From an uncultured Verrucomicrobiae bacterium (GTDB lineage: Bacteria > Verrucomicrobiota > Verrucomicrobiia > Chthoniobacterales > JAFAMB01), in NCBI GenBank assembly GCA_963813025.1, contig CAWEXO010000011.1:896001-960000 (forward strand): DNA of 64,000 bases, written 5' to 3'. Within the stretch, counting starts at the first letter, position 1. Each line of letters starts with the position of its first letter. The translations under genes were made by a program, and so were the position numbers. Below the pieces are notes generated by a model. The model had not been told where the DNA came from. It searched no databases and saw nothing but the letters and a program-made list of their open reading frames with translations. Of the stretch, positions 38,187 to 48,428 are shown in pieces.

Positions 38187-39887
38187 ATGACAACGTTGGC
38201 TCAAAATCTGGAAGCTCGTTTGCGCGCTGCATTGCGCGCGGCTGATCTGCCCGACGAACCGATCGAGGTGGCGCCCACGGCGGACCCTCGGCACGGAGAT
38301 TATCAAACCAATCTCGCGCTGATTTTGGGCAAGTCCCAGCGAACGAATCCGCGAGCGCTGGCCAACCGAATCGTCGAGCACCTCGTGGTAGGCGACCTGG
38401 GTGCTCCCGCGGAAGTCGCTGGTCCCGGTTTCATCAATTTTCGTTTCGGGGCCGAGTTTCTGAACGGGGAACTCGCGAAAATGGCGCGCGACCCGCGTTT
38501 GGGTGCCGCGGAGAGCACCCATCCGAAAACCATCGTCATTGATTTCAGTTCGCCCAACATCGCCAAACCAATGCACGTTGGACATATTCGTTCGACCGTA
38601 CTGGGGGACGCGCTCGCGCGGATCAGCCGATTTTTGGGGCACCGGGTGATCAGCGACAATCACCTCGGCGACTGGGGTACCCAGTTCGGAAAACTGATCT
38701 ATGGATGGCAACACTTTCTTGAGCGGTCGGCGCTGGCTCCCGATCCGATGGCGGAACTTGTCCGCGTGTATCGCGAGGTCGAAGTCCTCTCGAAAAAGGA
38801 TCCGGCAATTCTCGAACTCTGTCGCCAGAACCTGGTCAGACTCCAGCAAGGAGATCCCGAGATGGTCGCTATCTGGCGGGAGTGCGTTGAACATTCAAAA
38901 CGGGAGTTTACCCAAGTCTACCAACGTCTGGACGTCCATTTTGACGAGCAGCTTGGCGAAAGTTTTTATCATTTCTTGCTCCCCGGAATCGTCGACGAGT
39001 TGCTGAAACGCGGATTGGCCGAAGAAAGCCAAGGCGCAGTTGTGTACTGGGATCGCTCACTCTCCGCGGACCCGTTTATAATTCGGAAGTCCGACGGCGG
39101 GTTTGGCTATGCAGCGACCGATTTGGCCACGCTGAAGTACCGGGTGGACCGCTGGCAGCCTGGAAGTATCTGGTATGTCGTGGGCGTTCCGCAACGCCTT
39201 CATTTTCAACTGCTCTTCGGTCTTGCTCGCCAGATCGGTTACACCATCGATCTGGCGCATATTGATTTCGGAAATATCCTCGGTGCCGATCGCAAGTTGA
39301 TGCGGACCCGCTCTGGCGATCCGGTGCCTCTGAAAGATTTGCTGGACGAGGCGATCGATCGGGCGAGGACCTTGGTGCGAGAGAAAAACCCGCAACTCTC
39401 TGCAGAGGAGCGCGAAGCGGTCGCCAAGACGGTAGGAATCGGCGCCCTGAAATACGCCGAATTGTCACAACATCGGATGACAGACTACGTCTTTTCGTGG
39501 GACAAGCTCCTGGCTTTGCAGGGCAACACTGCTCCCTATCTCCAGAATGCGTTTGTCCGCAGCAGATCGATCTTTCGCCGGCTGAGCAAACCATTCGTTT
39601 GGGCGGGCACGATTGCGTTGCGCGAACCAGCGGAACTGGCGTTGGCGAAAAAGCTCCTCATTTTTCCGGAGACGGTTCCGGTGGTTTTGGACGGTTTTAA
39701 GCCGAACGTGCTGGCCAATTATTTATACGAGCTGGCCTCGGAGTACCACGGGTTTTACGAGCGTTGTCCGGTGTTGACGGCCGCCGAGCCGTCGCGTTCC
39801 ACCCGCTTATTGCTCTGCGACATTTTCGCGCGGGTGCTGGAGCTTGGGCTCAGTCTTTTGGGGATCGGGGTACCCGAGAAAATGTAG
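38187..39887 (+). CDS. argS: Arginine--tRNA ligase
   Basis: GDYQTN, AGPGFINF, SSPNIAKPMHVGH, GDWGTQFG, GNTAPYLQ, PEKM. Confidence 0.98.
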   Translation: MTTLAQNLEARLRAALRAADLPDEPIEVAPTADPRHGDYQTNLALILGKSQRTNPRALANRIVEHLVVGDLGAPAEVAGPGFINFRFGAEFLNGELAKMARDPRLGAAESTHPKTIVIDFSSPNIAKPMHVGHIRSTVLGDALARISRFLGHRVISDNHLGDWGTQFGKLIYGWQHFLERSALAPDPMAELVRVYREVEVLSKKDPAILELCRQNLVRLQQGDPEMVAIWRECVEHSKREFTQVYQRLDVHFDEQLGESFYHFLLPGIVDELLKRGLAEESQGAVVYWDRSLSADPFIIRKSDGGFGYAATDLATLKYRVDRWQPGSIWYVVGVPQRLHFQLLFGLARQIGYTIDLAHIDFGNILGADRKLMRTRSGDPVPLKDLLDEAIDRARTLVREKNPQLSAEEREAVAKTVGIGALKYAELSQHRMTDYVFSWDKLLALQGNTAPYLQNAFVRSRSIFRRLSKPFVWAGTIALREPAELALAKKLLIFPETVPVVLDGFKPNVLANYLYELASEYHGFYERCPVLTAAEPSRSTRLLLCDIFARVLELGLSLLGIGVPEKM

Positions 39888-39967
39888 GCAGCTGATCAAC
39901 TGGACAGGTAACAGTCATTTGAGCGGAGGGAGCGGCAGGAGCGGGTTCAGCGGAGGGAGGTAGCTGA
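39888..39967 (+). repeat. Dispersed repeat family A, copy 6
   Basis: GCAGCTGATCAACTGG...TTGAGCGGAGGGAGCGGCAGGAGCGGGTTCAGCGGAGGGAGGTAGCTG, starts right after the argS stop. Confidence 0.85.
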
Positions 39968-39983
39968 CAACTGGAAAGCAACC

Positions 39984-40055
39984 AACTCCTTGAACTCCTT
40001 GAATTCCTTGAACTCCTTGAACTCCTTGAACTCCTTGAACTCCTTGAACTCCTTG
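39984..40055. repeat. 9-bp tandem repeat AACTCCTTG x8
   Basis: Seven exact units plus one AATTCCTTG. Confidence 0.95.
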
Positions 40056-40116
40056 GATGCTTTACCCCTGAACTTCATTGTCAACACCCGGTTCATCATC
40101 TTAATTGCCCCCATCT

Positions 40117-40809
40117 ATGGCGGAACATGGCAAGCATATCTACAGCGGATTTGATGCTGCGCTGAACTCTCTGAAGAACGACGTTCTGATGATGTCCAGT
40201 CTGACCGAGCGACTTCTGGAGAACGCCATTCAAGGAGTGCTGCAGCGGGACAACGGATTGTGCAATCTGGCGATCGCGGATGATCAGGAGGTCGACGTGT
40301 TGGAAAAGCAAGTCGATCAAAACGGTGTCGATCTTCTCTTGCGTTATCAGCCTGTCTCGGTAGATATGCGCGAGGTCATCTCCGCCATGAAGGTAGGTGC
40401 AAACCTCGAGCGGATCGCGGACCAGGGAGTGACCATCGGTCGTCGAGGCAAGAAGCTGAATCAGGAGGCGTTGGTCCCCGAGATTTCGTTAATCGAACCT
40501 CTCTATCGAGAGGCGATCAGCATTTTCCGCGATAGCATGCGGGCTTACACGGACGGCAATCCCGACCTGGCCTTGCAACTAAAGCCGCGCGATCGCCAAC
40601 TTGATCTGTTGAACGCGGATGTCAACGAGACCTTGATTACGCGGATGGCCGCCCAGCCAGACCGAATTAGGACTTTCATGAACCTCATCTTCGTCGCGCG
40701 TTCTCTCGAGCGAATTGGTGATCACGCCACGAATATCGCGGAGGACGCTTTCTGGGTCGAGCAAGCGGAGGATATCCGGCACACCTACGGCGCGAAGCAG
40801 GAAGACTGA
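40117..40809 (+). CDS. phoU: Phosphate signalling protein PhoU
   Basis: DDQEVD..E, YQPV..DMR, LERIAD, LERIGDHATNIAE. Confidence 0.95.
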   Translation: MAEHGKHIYSGFDAALNSLKNDVLMMSSLTERLLENAIQGVLQRDNGLCNLAIADDQEVDVLEKQVDQNGVDLLLRYQPVSVDMREVISAMKVGANLERIADQGVTIGRRGKKLNQEALVPEISLIEPLYREAISIFRDSMRAYTDGNPDLALQLKPRDRQLDLLNADVNETLITRMAAQPDRIRTFMNLIFVARSLERIGDHATNIAEDAFWVEQAEDIRHTYGAKQED

Positions 40810-40876
40810 GGAGGTTGCGAGACAATTTCCTCGACAAGCCCGGGAGGTACTTTAGTTGTGACGGAGTCGTATTAAC

Positions 40877-41836
40877 ATGTCCCAGTCAGACTCATTCAAA
40901 AAGACGGCAGTTGTCACCGGTGGCGTAGGGTTCTTGGGCTCTCATCTCTGCGATCGTCTCCTCGCCGAAGGATTCCGGGTGATCGCGATCGACAACTTCA
41001 TTACCGGCTCGCCCGATAATATCAGCCACCTGGCGGCGAACCAGCATTTCCATTTTTTTCGCCAGAACGTCTCGGACTACATATTTATTCCGGGACCGGT
41101 CGATTATGTTTTTCATTTTGCTTCGCCGGCCAGTCCGATTGACTACTTGGAACATCCGATACCGACATTGAAAGTCGGTGCGCTGGGTACCCATAACTCT
41201 CTCGGACTAGCGAAAGACAAAGGAGCGACTTTTTTGTTGGCCTCAACCTCGGAATCGTACGGCGATCCGCTGGTTCATCCCCAAAACGAAGACTACTGGG
41301 GGAACGTGAATCCGATTGGTCCAAGAGGGGTGTACGATGAGGCAAAACGATTTGCCGAAGCGATGACAATGGCCTACCACCGCTATCATCGGATGGACAC
41401 CAAGATCGTCCGGATTTTCAATACTTATGGGCCCCGGATGAGGCTGCGCGATGGCCGGGTCGTCCCCGCTTTTATCAGTCAAGCGCTCAATTGCGAACCA
41501 TTGACCGTTTTTGGGGACGGAAACCAGACCCGCAGCTTTTGTTACGTTTCCGATCTCATCGACGGGATTTTTCGCCTGGCTTTGAGCGATTATCACGGCC
41601 CGGTGAATCTCGGGAATCCGCAGGAAATGACGATCAGGCAATTTGCCGAGCGGATCCGGGAAATTGTGGGCGTTAATGTCGAGATTGTTTACCGGCCGCT
41701 CCCCGAGGACGATCCCAAGGTCCGGCAGCCGGACATCACCCGCGCCCGCCAACTGCTCGGATGGGAACCAAAAGTGAGCTTCGTGGATGGTATCCGGGAG
41801 ACAATCCAGTATTTCAAAGAAAAATTAAAAGCCTAG
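40877..41836 (+). CDS. UDP-glucuronate decarboxylase (UXS)-like NAD-dependent SDR
   Basis: [45 protein letters not shown]. Confidence 0.93.
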   Translation: MSQSDSFKKTAVVTGGVGFLGSHLCDRLLAEGFRVIAIDNFITGSPDNISHLAANQHFHFFRQNVSDYIFIPGPVDYVFHFASPASPIDYLEHPIPTLKVGALGTHNSLGLAKDKGATFLLASTSESYGDPLVHPQNEDYWGNVNPIGPRGVYDEAKRFAEAMTMAYHRYHRMDTKIVRIFNTYGPRMRLRDGRVVPAFISQALNCEPLTVFGDGNQTRSFCYVSDLIDGIFRLALSDYHGPVNLGNPQEMTIRQFAERIREIVGVNVEIVYRPLPEDDPKVRQPDITRARQLLGWEPKVSFVDGIRETIQYFKEKLKA

Positions 41837-41922
41837 CGAGAGGCGCGCCTCGGACCAACGAGATTTAGTGGAAAAAGGCGGCGCGGTGATGCTGAAAGTC
41901 ATTTCAGCTTTTTCCAGCTTCC

Positions 41923-42525
41923 ATGCCTGCAATCGGAATAACCGGCGGCGTGGCAACGGGTAAATCGTCGGTCGCCCAAGAGCTCGCCGCGAATCTGGCT
42001 CCCCGAATCCCCGTTCTCATGTTTAGCGCAGATTTTGAGGCTCGGAGATTGACGGATTCAGATTTCGCGGTACAAGAGGAAATTAGGTCGGCATTCGGAG
42101 GTCAGGTTTTCCATCCGGATGGTGCTCTTGCCCGGGATCGGCTGCGAGAGTTGGTATTCCAGGACGCCTCAGCGCGAAAGCGACTGGAAGAAATCCTGCA
42201 CCCACGGATTCGACAGGCTTGGATCGCGCATTTGCGAGAAGAGCGGTTGCTCCTAGCGGAGATCCCGCTGTTGTATGAAACAGCCGCTGACCAAAATTTT
42301 GATTTAATAATCGTTACTGCTTGTAGTTTGAACTCCCAAAAGTATCGCCTCGTGACTGGACGAGGGCTGCCAATGACGCTGGCCGAACAGGTGATTGGCT
42401 CGCAACTCTCCCTGGACGACAAGATCCGCAGAGCCGATCGCCTTGTTTGGACTGACTGCCCAACGCACATAACGAAACTGCAGCTGAATTATCTGGCTCA
42501 AGAACTCATCGACCGTTATGGATGA
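41923..42525 (+). CDS. coaE: Dephospho-CoA kinase
   Basis: IGITGGVATGKS, LEEILHP, EIPLLYE. Confidence 0.95.
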   Translation: MPAIGITGGVATGKSSVAQELAANLAPRIPVLMFSADFEARRLTDSDFAVQEEIRSAFGGQVFHPDGALARDRLRELVFQDASARKRLEEILHPRIRQAWIAHLREERLLLAEIPLLYETAADQNFDLIIVTACSLNSQKYRLVTGRGLPMTLAEQVIGSQLSLDDKIRRADRLVWTDCPTHITKLQLNYLAQELIDRYG

Positions 42526-43831
42526 CCGAACGCCGGGAGCTGTTCCCGGCTCAATGTATTTAACCGAGGGGGGCGCCACGCTGGAGTTAGGGACCCTTCA
42601 CGAGCTTAGCCATCCGACGCTGCTCGAGCTGGCCGCCGAGTTCCCTCTCCGGACTTCGCACGAACGCACGCGTCACCAGATTATTTTTGACCTCCTCAAA
42701 GCTTACGCCGGCCGTGAGATTGCCGTGGTGGCCGAAGGCATGCTGGAAGTTACCAACGAGAGTTACGGGTTTCTTCGTTGGGAAAAATACAACTTTACCC
42801 CTTGCCCCGAGGACGTCTATGTACCCGCCGTATTTCTCAAAAAATACGGTTTACGGGCGGGGCACAAGGTGAAGGGGGTGATCCGCCCGCCGCGGGACAA
42901 GGAGAAGTTCATGGCCTTGGAGCAGGTCATCTCGATCGAGCGCATCCCCCTCGAGAACTGGGAGGAACCGAAGCACTTCGATCAGCTCACCGCCCTCTTC
43001 CCCGATCGTCGAATTCTTCTGGAAAATCTCCGGACAAAGAGCGTCAGCGCCCGAGCAGTCGATTTGATTGCCCCGCTCGGCCGCGGCCAGCGTGGCTTGA
43101 TTGTCGCGGCGCCACGCACCGGAAAGACCATTCTCCTGAAGGAGATCGCGCTCGCTATTCGGGCAAATTGTCCCGATGTGCATTTGATCCTGCTGCTCGT
43201 AAACGAACGACCGGAGGAAGTCACGGACCTCAAGAGCGTGCTCGACTGCGAGATTTTCAGCTCCACTTTCGACGAATCGCCCGCCCGGCACGTGCAGGTG
43301 GCGGAGTTGGTCAGCGAGCGGGCCAAACGGCTGGTTGAACTGCGCAAAGATGTCGTAATTCTCCTGGATAGCATTACCCGGCTGGCCCGCGGTTACAATG
43401 CCCTGCAACCGGGCAAGGGGCGGATTATGTCCGGCGGAGTCGAAGCCAAAGCTCTCCTGAAGCCGAAGAAATTCTTCGGAGCAGCCCGCAATGTGGAGGA
43501 AGGTGGCAGCCTGACCATTTTGGCGACTGCCTTGATCGATACCGAAAGCCGGATGGACGAAGTGATCTTTGAGGAATTCAAGGGAACCGGTAACATGGAG
43601 CTGCACCTCGATCGCACGCTCGTCGAAAAAAGAATCTACCCAGCAATCCATATCCTGAAATCCGCGACGCGGCGGGACGATCTCCTCTATCATCCGGAAG
43701 AGTTTGAGCGGGTGACGCTTCTTCGGAAGAAGCTCGCTCAGCTGCCGGCCATTGAAGCGATGGAAGTGCTGCTCCAGACCCTGAAGGCGACTAAGAGCAA
43801 TGCCGAGCTGTTGCTCACCGCCTTGCGTTAG
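42518..43831 (+). CDS. rho: Transcription termination factor Rho
   Basis: [45 protein letters not shown]. Confidence 0.98.
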   Translation: MDDRTPGAVPGSMYLTEGGATLELGTLHELSHPTLLELAAEFPLRTSHERTRHQIIFDLLKAYAGREIAVVAEGMLEVTNESYGFLRWEKYNFTPCPEDVYVPAVFLKKYGLRAGHKVKGVIRPPRDKEKFMALEQVISIERIPLENWEEPKHFDQLTALFPDRRILLENLRTKSVSARAVDLIAPLGRGQRGLIVAAPRTGKTILLKEIALAIRANCPDVHLILLLVNERPEEVTDLKSVLDCEIFSSTFDESPARHVQVAELVSERAKRLVELRKDVVILLDSITRLARGYNALQPGKGRIMSGGVEAKALLKPKKFFGAARNVEEGGSLTILATALIDTESRMDEVIFEEFKGTGNMELHLDRTLVEKRIYPAIHILKSATRRDDLLYHPEEFERVTLLRKKLAQLPAIEAMEVLLQTLKATKSNAELLLTALR

Positions 43832-43833
43832 TT

Positions 43834-44904
43834 ATGATTGAGGAAGCGAAGCTCATTGACTCAAGCAACGCACTCGTGGACTGGTGCGCCGCCATCGCCC
43901 GAGCGAATGTGATCGCCCTCGATACGGAGGGTGACAGTCTCCATTGCTATTTTGAAAAGCTCTGTCTGATCCAGATCGGCTTGCCTGACCGGAACATCCT
44001 CGTAGACCCCCTCGCGGCAATCGATCTTTCTCCGCTTAACGCCACATTGGAGGGAAAGCCGCTGGTCTTCCACGGCTGCGATTATGATCTTCGGATGCTT
44101 CGGCGAGGAATTGGGTTTTCTCCGAACAACGTCTTTGATACTTACCACGCCGCACGGCTCGCCGGAATCAAAGAAGTAGGGTACGCGTCGCTCGTGAAAT
44201 TTTTCTTTGGAATTGATCTCCCGAAATCCTCGCAAAAAGCCAATTGGGCCAGGCGCCCGCTCACTCTTCCCATGATGAAATATGCGCTCAATGACACCCG
44301 TTATCTCCTGGACTTGAGCGATCGCTTGGCCGCTTTGCTCCAGGCTAAGCAGCGCTGGTCGTGGTTGGAGGAAACATGCGGCCGGGCGGTCGCAGCGGCA
44401 GCCACGGATCGAGATCGTGATCTGGACAAGGTCTGGAAAGTCGCCGGAAGCGCTGCTCTGCGGGGTCAAGCCTCCGCGGTGCTGCGCGAGCTCTGGTTTT
44501 GGCGGGACGCCGAAGCGCGCGAAGTCGACCGGCCCGCTTTTCAGATCCTGCGCAACGAGGATCTGATCGCCATCGCGCGGCGGGCAGCAGAAACTGATTT
44601 TGTGGAACTGCCGGGGCATTTACCTTCCGGCCGGCGGAGAAGATTGCGGGAATCGATCGAGAGAGCGCTGCGTCTTCCCGAATCGGCTTGGCCCCAGGCG
44701 CAATCAGCTCCACGAGTGCGTTCCACCGCTGAACAGGATCAGCTTTTTGAAGTTCTAAAGAGCAAGCGCGATAAAGTAGCCGCCGAGCTGGAGCTGGATC
44801 CGGGCGTCGTCGCGCCGCGACAAGCGTTGGAACGTGTCGCGCGAGAGCCGGAATCCAGTTCGGAGGTTTTGATGGCTTGGCAATGCGAGTTGCTTGGGTT
44901 GTAG
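43834..44904 (+). CDS. rnd: Ribonuclease D (DEDDy exonuclease + HRDC)
   Basis: ALDTE, LCLIQI, YD, FDT, W..RPL...M..YALND, WRD..AR..DRP. Confidence 0.9.
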   Translation: MIEEAKLIDSSNALVDWCAAIARANVIALDTEGDSLHCYFEKLCLIQIGLPDRNILVDPLAAIDLSPLNATLEGKPLVFHGCDYDLRMLRRGIGFSPNNVFDTYHAARLAGIKEVGYASLVKFFFGIDLPKSSQKANWARRPLTLPMMKYALNDTRYLLDLSDRLAALLQAKQRWSWLEETCGRAVAAAATDRDRDLDKVWKVAGSAALRGQASAVLRELWFWRDAEAREVDRPAFQILRNEDLIAIARRAAETDFVELPGHLPSGRRRRLRESIERALRLPESAWPQAQSAPRVRSTAEQDQLFEVLKSKRDKVAAELELDPGVVAPRQALERVAREPESSSEVLMAWQCELLGL

Positions 44905-44911
44905 GGGAAAG

Positions 44912-45170
44912 GGAGTTCAAGGAAGTTCAAGGAAGTTCAGGGAAGTACCCTTCGGACTCTACTCAGATTCACTGTGTGTCCTCGAAAGCGGGCGACCCAC
45001 CTTCGCCTTCGCTGCGCTCACCCACGGCGCGGCAGGCCTTGTCGCCGCTTTGAGACTGCGGGTCTACCCGCCGTCGGCGAGTCCGCGGGAATGAAGGAGG
45101 GAGCGCGACCCCAACCAAGCGGGTCTTTTTCGCCAGGCAACTTGGCCTGAATTTCCCTGAACTTCCCCTC
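44912..45170. repeat. Composite intergenic repeat: GGAAGTTCAA-type arrays flanking a REP-like unit (family C)
   Basis: 10-mer units at 44912-44946, inverted relatives at about 45147-45170; unit 44994-45051 matches the reverse complement of 56545-56603. Confidence 0.7.
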
Positions 45171-45230
45171 CGCCCGCCAACTTTCCCGTTGGCAAGAAGA
45201 ACCAGGTGAGCTAAGAATCTTTCAACAATC

Positions 45231-45317
45231 ATGAAACCGAACCGGATTTCGCTGACCAGCTATGCTGTCAAAAGCGAGTTCTTCGGCTACCGGTTTTTCT
45301 TTTGGCGCGTTATCTAG
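45231..45317 (+). CDS. Putative aromatic amino acid attenuator leader peptide (28 aa)
   Basis: [28 protein letters not shown]: 5 Phe, 2 Tyr, 1 Trp; 173 nt upstream of the aroF ATG. Confidence 0.75.
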   Translation: MKPNRISLTSYAVKSEFFGYRFFFWRVI

Positions 45318-45490
45318 GCGCCGACCTCTCGCTCCCGTCCCCTGCGAGTGTTCTTCAGTCGACGCTTGTTCTAATCATGCAGACGCTTACCCCTCCATCT
45401 CCTGTCTCGAGTTCGAGGAAATTGTCATCGAAACAGCCGGATATTAATAAAAGTTGCGATAGATCAACCCTCACCCCGAACTTCCTTGCC

Positions 45491-46504
45491 ATGATCATCA
45501 TTACTCGTCCTGATGCGACTGAGGAGCAGATCGAACACGTCGTGTCCCGAATCCGTGCCTGGGGCCTGAAAGCCGAGGTCAGCCGCGGCAAGATGCGCGT
45601 CGTGATCGGCGTGATCGGGCCCGAAGATAAAATCCGCGAAAAGCCGCTCGGCGCTTTCCCCGGAGTCGAATCAGTGACGCCGGTTCTGAAGCCGTACAAA
45701 CTGGTCGCGTACGAATTTCGCGGGACGCCCTCAGTAATCCGCGTCGGGCAAGTGCCGATCGGGACAAAGCAGATCGTCGTGATGGCCGGACCTTGCTCGG
45801 TCGAGAGCGAGGAACAGATCACCGAGATTGCCCACAGCGTTAAGGCGTCCGGGGCAAAGATTCTCCGCGGCGGCGCCTTCAAACCGCGCACTTCGCCGTA
45901 CAGTTTTCAAGGATTGGGGAAGGTCGGTCTGCAACTCCTGGCCGAAGCACGCAAACAAACCGGGATGCCGATCATTACCGAGGTCATGGATACCAAAGAT
46001 CTCGATCTCGTCGTCGAGTATGCTGATTGCCTCCAAATCGGCGCGCGTAACATGCAGAATTTTTCTCTGTTGCGCGAAGTTGGCCGAACCCGATTGCCGG
46101 TGATGTTAAAACGCGGCATGTCCGCCACGATCAAGGACCTGCTTATGAGTGCGGAATACATTTTGAGCGAAGGCAACTTCAATGTACTCCTTTGCGAGCG
46201 GGGCATTCGGACATTTGAGACAATGACGCGAAACACACTCGATCTGAACGCGGTTCCAGTACTGAAGTCGGAAACCCATTTGCCCGTGGTGGTCGATCCA
46301 ACACACGGGGTGGGCGTCCGCGATTACATACCCGCCATGGCTTTAGCGGCGGTTGCCGCGGGCGCCGATTCGATTATGCTGGAGGTCCATAACGCTCCCG
46401 AACAGGCGAAAAGCGACGGAGAACAATCCCTTTTACCGGAATCCTTCAGCCGATTGGTTGAACGGATCCGGGACGTCGCTTTGGCGGTTGGGCGCAGCCT
46501 TTGA
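45491..46504 (+). CDS. aroF: DAHP synthase, type I-beta with N-terminal ACT/ferredoxin-like regulatory domain
   Basis: [53 protein letters not shown]. Confidence 0.96.
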   Translation: MIIITRPDATEEQIEHVVSRIRAWGLKAEVSRGKMRVVIGVIGPEDKIREKPLGAFPGVESVTPVLKPYKLVAYEFRGTPSVIRVGQVPIGTKQIVVMAGPCSVESEEQITEIAHSVKASGAKILRGGAFKPRTSPYSFQGLGKVGLQLLAEARKQTGMPIITEVMDTKDLDLVVEYADCLQIGARNMQNFSLLREVGRTRLPVMLKRGMSATIKDLLMSAEYILSEGNFNVLLCERGIRTFETMTRNTLDLNAVPVLKSETHLPVVVDPTHGVGVRDYIPAMALAAVAAGADSIMLEVHNAPEQAKSDGEQSLLPESFSRLVERIRDVALAVGRSL

Positions 46505-46729
46505 AATGATGTTTGCCGATCGATCGTCAAGATCTCGCCCGGAGCGCACTGCGTGCCGAAGTCGTAACTACTCTTCCGCCTTTTCGCTGGCTTTGACGCA
46601 GCCCTTTGGCGGGTGCCAGGATCCGCGTACCGGCACCGCATGAGTCCAAGCGAACAATTCGGTCTGCTTGCCTTCGAAGATCGAGGAAGAGGACGAGCAC
46701 GAGGAGGAATATCCTCGAGGCATAATGGC

Positions 46730-47401
46730 ATGTTCAGAGCGATTCTAGCCGCGCTGGCGTTTGGATGTTTGATGGTGCAATCCGTGCTGGGAGCCGAATC
46801 GAAAGCGCTGAATTCCACGCTTGAGCGAGCAAGCGACGCTTTGTCGCGCGGCAAGCTGGCCGAAGCCGAGAAGCTGGTGGACAGCGCTAACCGAATTGCT
46901 CCGGACAAACCGGACGTTGCCAACCTGCGAGGAGCGCTTTTTTCCAGGCAAGGCAAGTACCAGGAAGCAGCTCAGCAATTCAATAGAGCTCTCCAACTCG
47001 ACCCAAACTTTCAATTGGCGAAATTCAACCTCGCCGAATTGGCTCTTCTCCAAGGCAACTTTGACGAAGCCCGCAACCGTTTTACCCAACTGCAAAAACT
47101 CGATCCCGACTCCGAGCTGCTTCAATTCAAGCTCGTGTTGTGCGACGTCTTGCAAAATCGCGAAGCGGACGCGATCAGCGGCACCGAGCAGATCAACTTT
47201 CCCGGTCATACTCCGGCTTACTACTTCGCGCGGGCCGCGATCCTTTTTCGAAAGAACCAGACTGGGGAGGCGAATCAATATCTGGTAAACGCACGAAAGT
47301 ATTACACGCAGGCGCAATGTGCCTACTTTGAGCAGGCGCTGCGCGAACTAAAACTGATCCCGCCGTCCGGCACCGGCACTGCGGCAAAAGAAAAGCAATG
47401 A
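46730..47401 (+). CDS. Secreted tetratricopeptide repeat protein
   Basis: Signal peptide MFRAILAALAFG; TPR motifs NLRGA...YQEAAQQFNRALQLDP, FNLAE. Confidence 0.85.
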   Translation: MFRAILAALAFGCLMVQSVLGAESKALNSTLERASDALSRGKLAEAEKLVDSANRIAPDKPDVANLRGALFSRQGKYQEAAQQFNRALQLDPNFQLAKFNLAELALLQGNFDEARNRFTQLQKLDPDSELLQFKLVLCDVLQNREADAISGTEQINFPGHTPAYYFARAAILFRKNQTGEANQYLVNARKYYTQAQCAYFEQALRELKLIPPSGTGTAAKEKQ

Positions 47402-48075
47402 TCGTAGGTCCAGCCAAACAGAGGATAGGAGCAATTATCGAAAGGCTGCAGGCCACTTATCCCCACGCTCATTGTGCGCTGCAATTTAGCAACCCGTTCG
47501 AACTGCTGGTCGCCACGATTCTTTCCGCCCAGACGACCGATGCCCGCGTCAACCTGGTGACTCGCCAGCTTTTTTCGAAGTATCCGCACCCGATCAACCT
47601 CGCCGAGGCTGATCCGGCTGAGCTGGAGGAGGATATCAAGAGCACTGGATTTTTTCGCAACAAAGCAAAGAGCTTGCGTCTGATGGCGAGGGACTTGGTT
47701 GACAAGTTCGGTGGCGAAGTTCCCCGGACTATCAAGGACCTGACCAGTTTAGCCGGGGTGGGCCGCAAGACGGCCAATGTCGTTTTAGGGAATGCCTTTC
47801 AAATCGAGGAAGGCGTGGTCGTCGACACGCATGTTGCCCGGCTCTCGCAGCGCCTGAAGCTCAGCCGGCAGATCGCTCCGGAGAAAATTGAAGCTGACCT
47901 GATGCGTCTGGTGCCGCGGCGCCATTGGACCAACTTCAGCCACTGGCTGATTTGGCATGGAAGACGACGGTGTTTCGCGCGCAAACCGGACTGTCCGCGC
48001 TGCGAACTGGCCGATCTTTGTCCGAGCTGCGGCCGCTTCGAAAAGAAAAAGTCGGCCGCCAAGCCTGCTCGGTAG
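47398..48075 (+). CDS. nth: Endonuclease III
   Basis: LVATILSAQTTD, LAGVGRKTANVV, VDTHV, C-X6-C-X2-C-X5-C. Confidence 0.97.
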   Translation: MIVGPAKQRIGAIIERLQATYPHAHCALQFSNPFELLVATILSAQTTDARVNLVTRQLFSKYPHPINLAEADPAELEEDIKSTGFFRNKAKSLRLMARDLVDKFGGEVPRTIKDLTSLAGVGRKTANVVLGNAFQIEEGVVVDTHVARLSQRLKLSRQIAPEKIEADLMRLVPRRHWTNFSHWLIWHGRRRCFARKPDCPRCELADLCPSCGRFEKKKSAAKPAR

Positions 48076-48120
48076 GAGGTAGCGTTGGCCCGGTGCGGCC
48101 AGTTCGGCCCGGCGTATTGC

Positions 48121-48277
48121 GGAGCGCGCGACTTGTCGCCACTTGCTGACCCGAGCGGAGCGAGGCTGCCGATAAGGCAGGTCTTTTCGCCATGGAATTC
48201 TGCACTTCATGGTTCGGCAGTGGGCCGGGGCCGCGCTCCACGCGGATCCTAAAGCGGCGACAAGTCGCACGCACTCC
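48121..48277. repeat. REP-like inverted pair (family B, GCGACAAGTCGC core)
   Basis: GGAGCGCGCGACTTGTCGCCACTT (48121-48144) vs AAGCGGCGACAAGTCGCACGCACTCC (48252-48277); third copy at 60441-60482. Confidence 0.8.
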
Positions 48278-48428
48278 AAGACGCGCCGCGAATAGGCAGC
48301 GCTTCCGAGCAGATCCGGATGTTGAATGATGGCGCTAGACAAGCTCAAAAACCTTCCCCTCTCGCTCGGAATATTTCGCTTTGCGCCTAGCGTTTTTCGC
48401 ACTACCTGCTGAGAACTCACTTATCGCA

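Noticed and set aside
39984..40055. PHO box array upstream of phoU
   Set aside because: Period is 9 bp, not the 11 bp of PhoB boxes, and the unit lacks the CTGTCAT-like core
42851..44619. Long antisense ORFs (280 aa and 252 aa) and similar shadow ORFs throughout the track
   Set aside because: Lie opposite well-conserved genes (rho, rnd); expected in GC-rich DNA
45302..45490. 63-aa N-terminal extension of AroF suggested by the ORF track
   Set aside because: Low-complexity Ser/Pro/Leu sequence from a TTG start; homology begins at MIII (45491); better read as leader RNA
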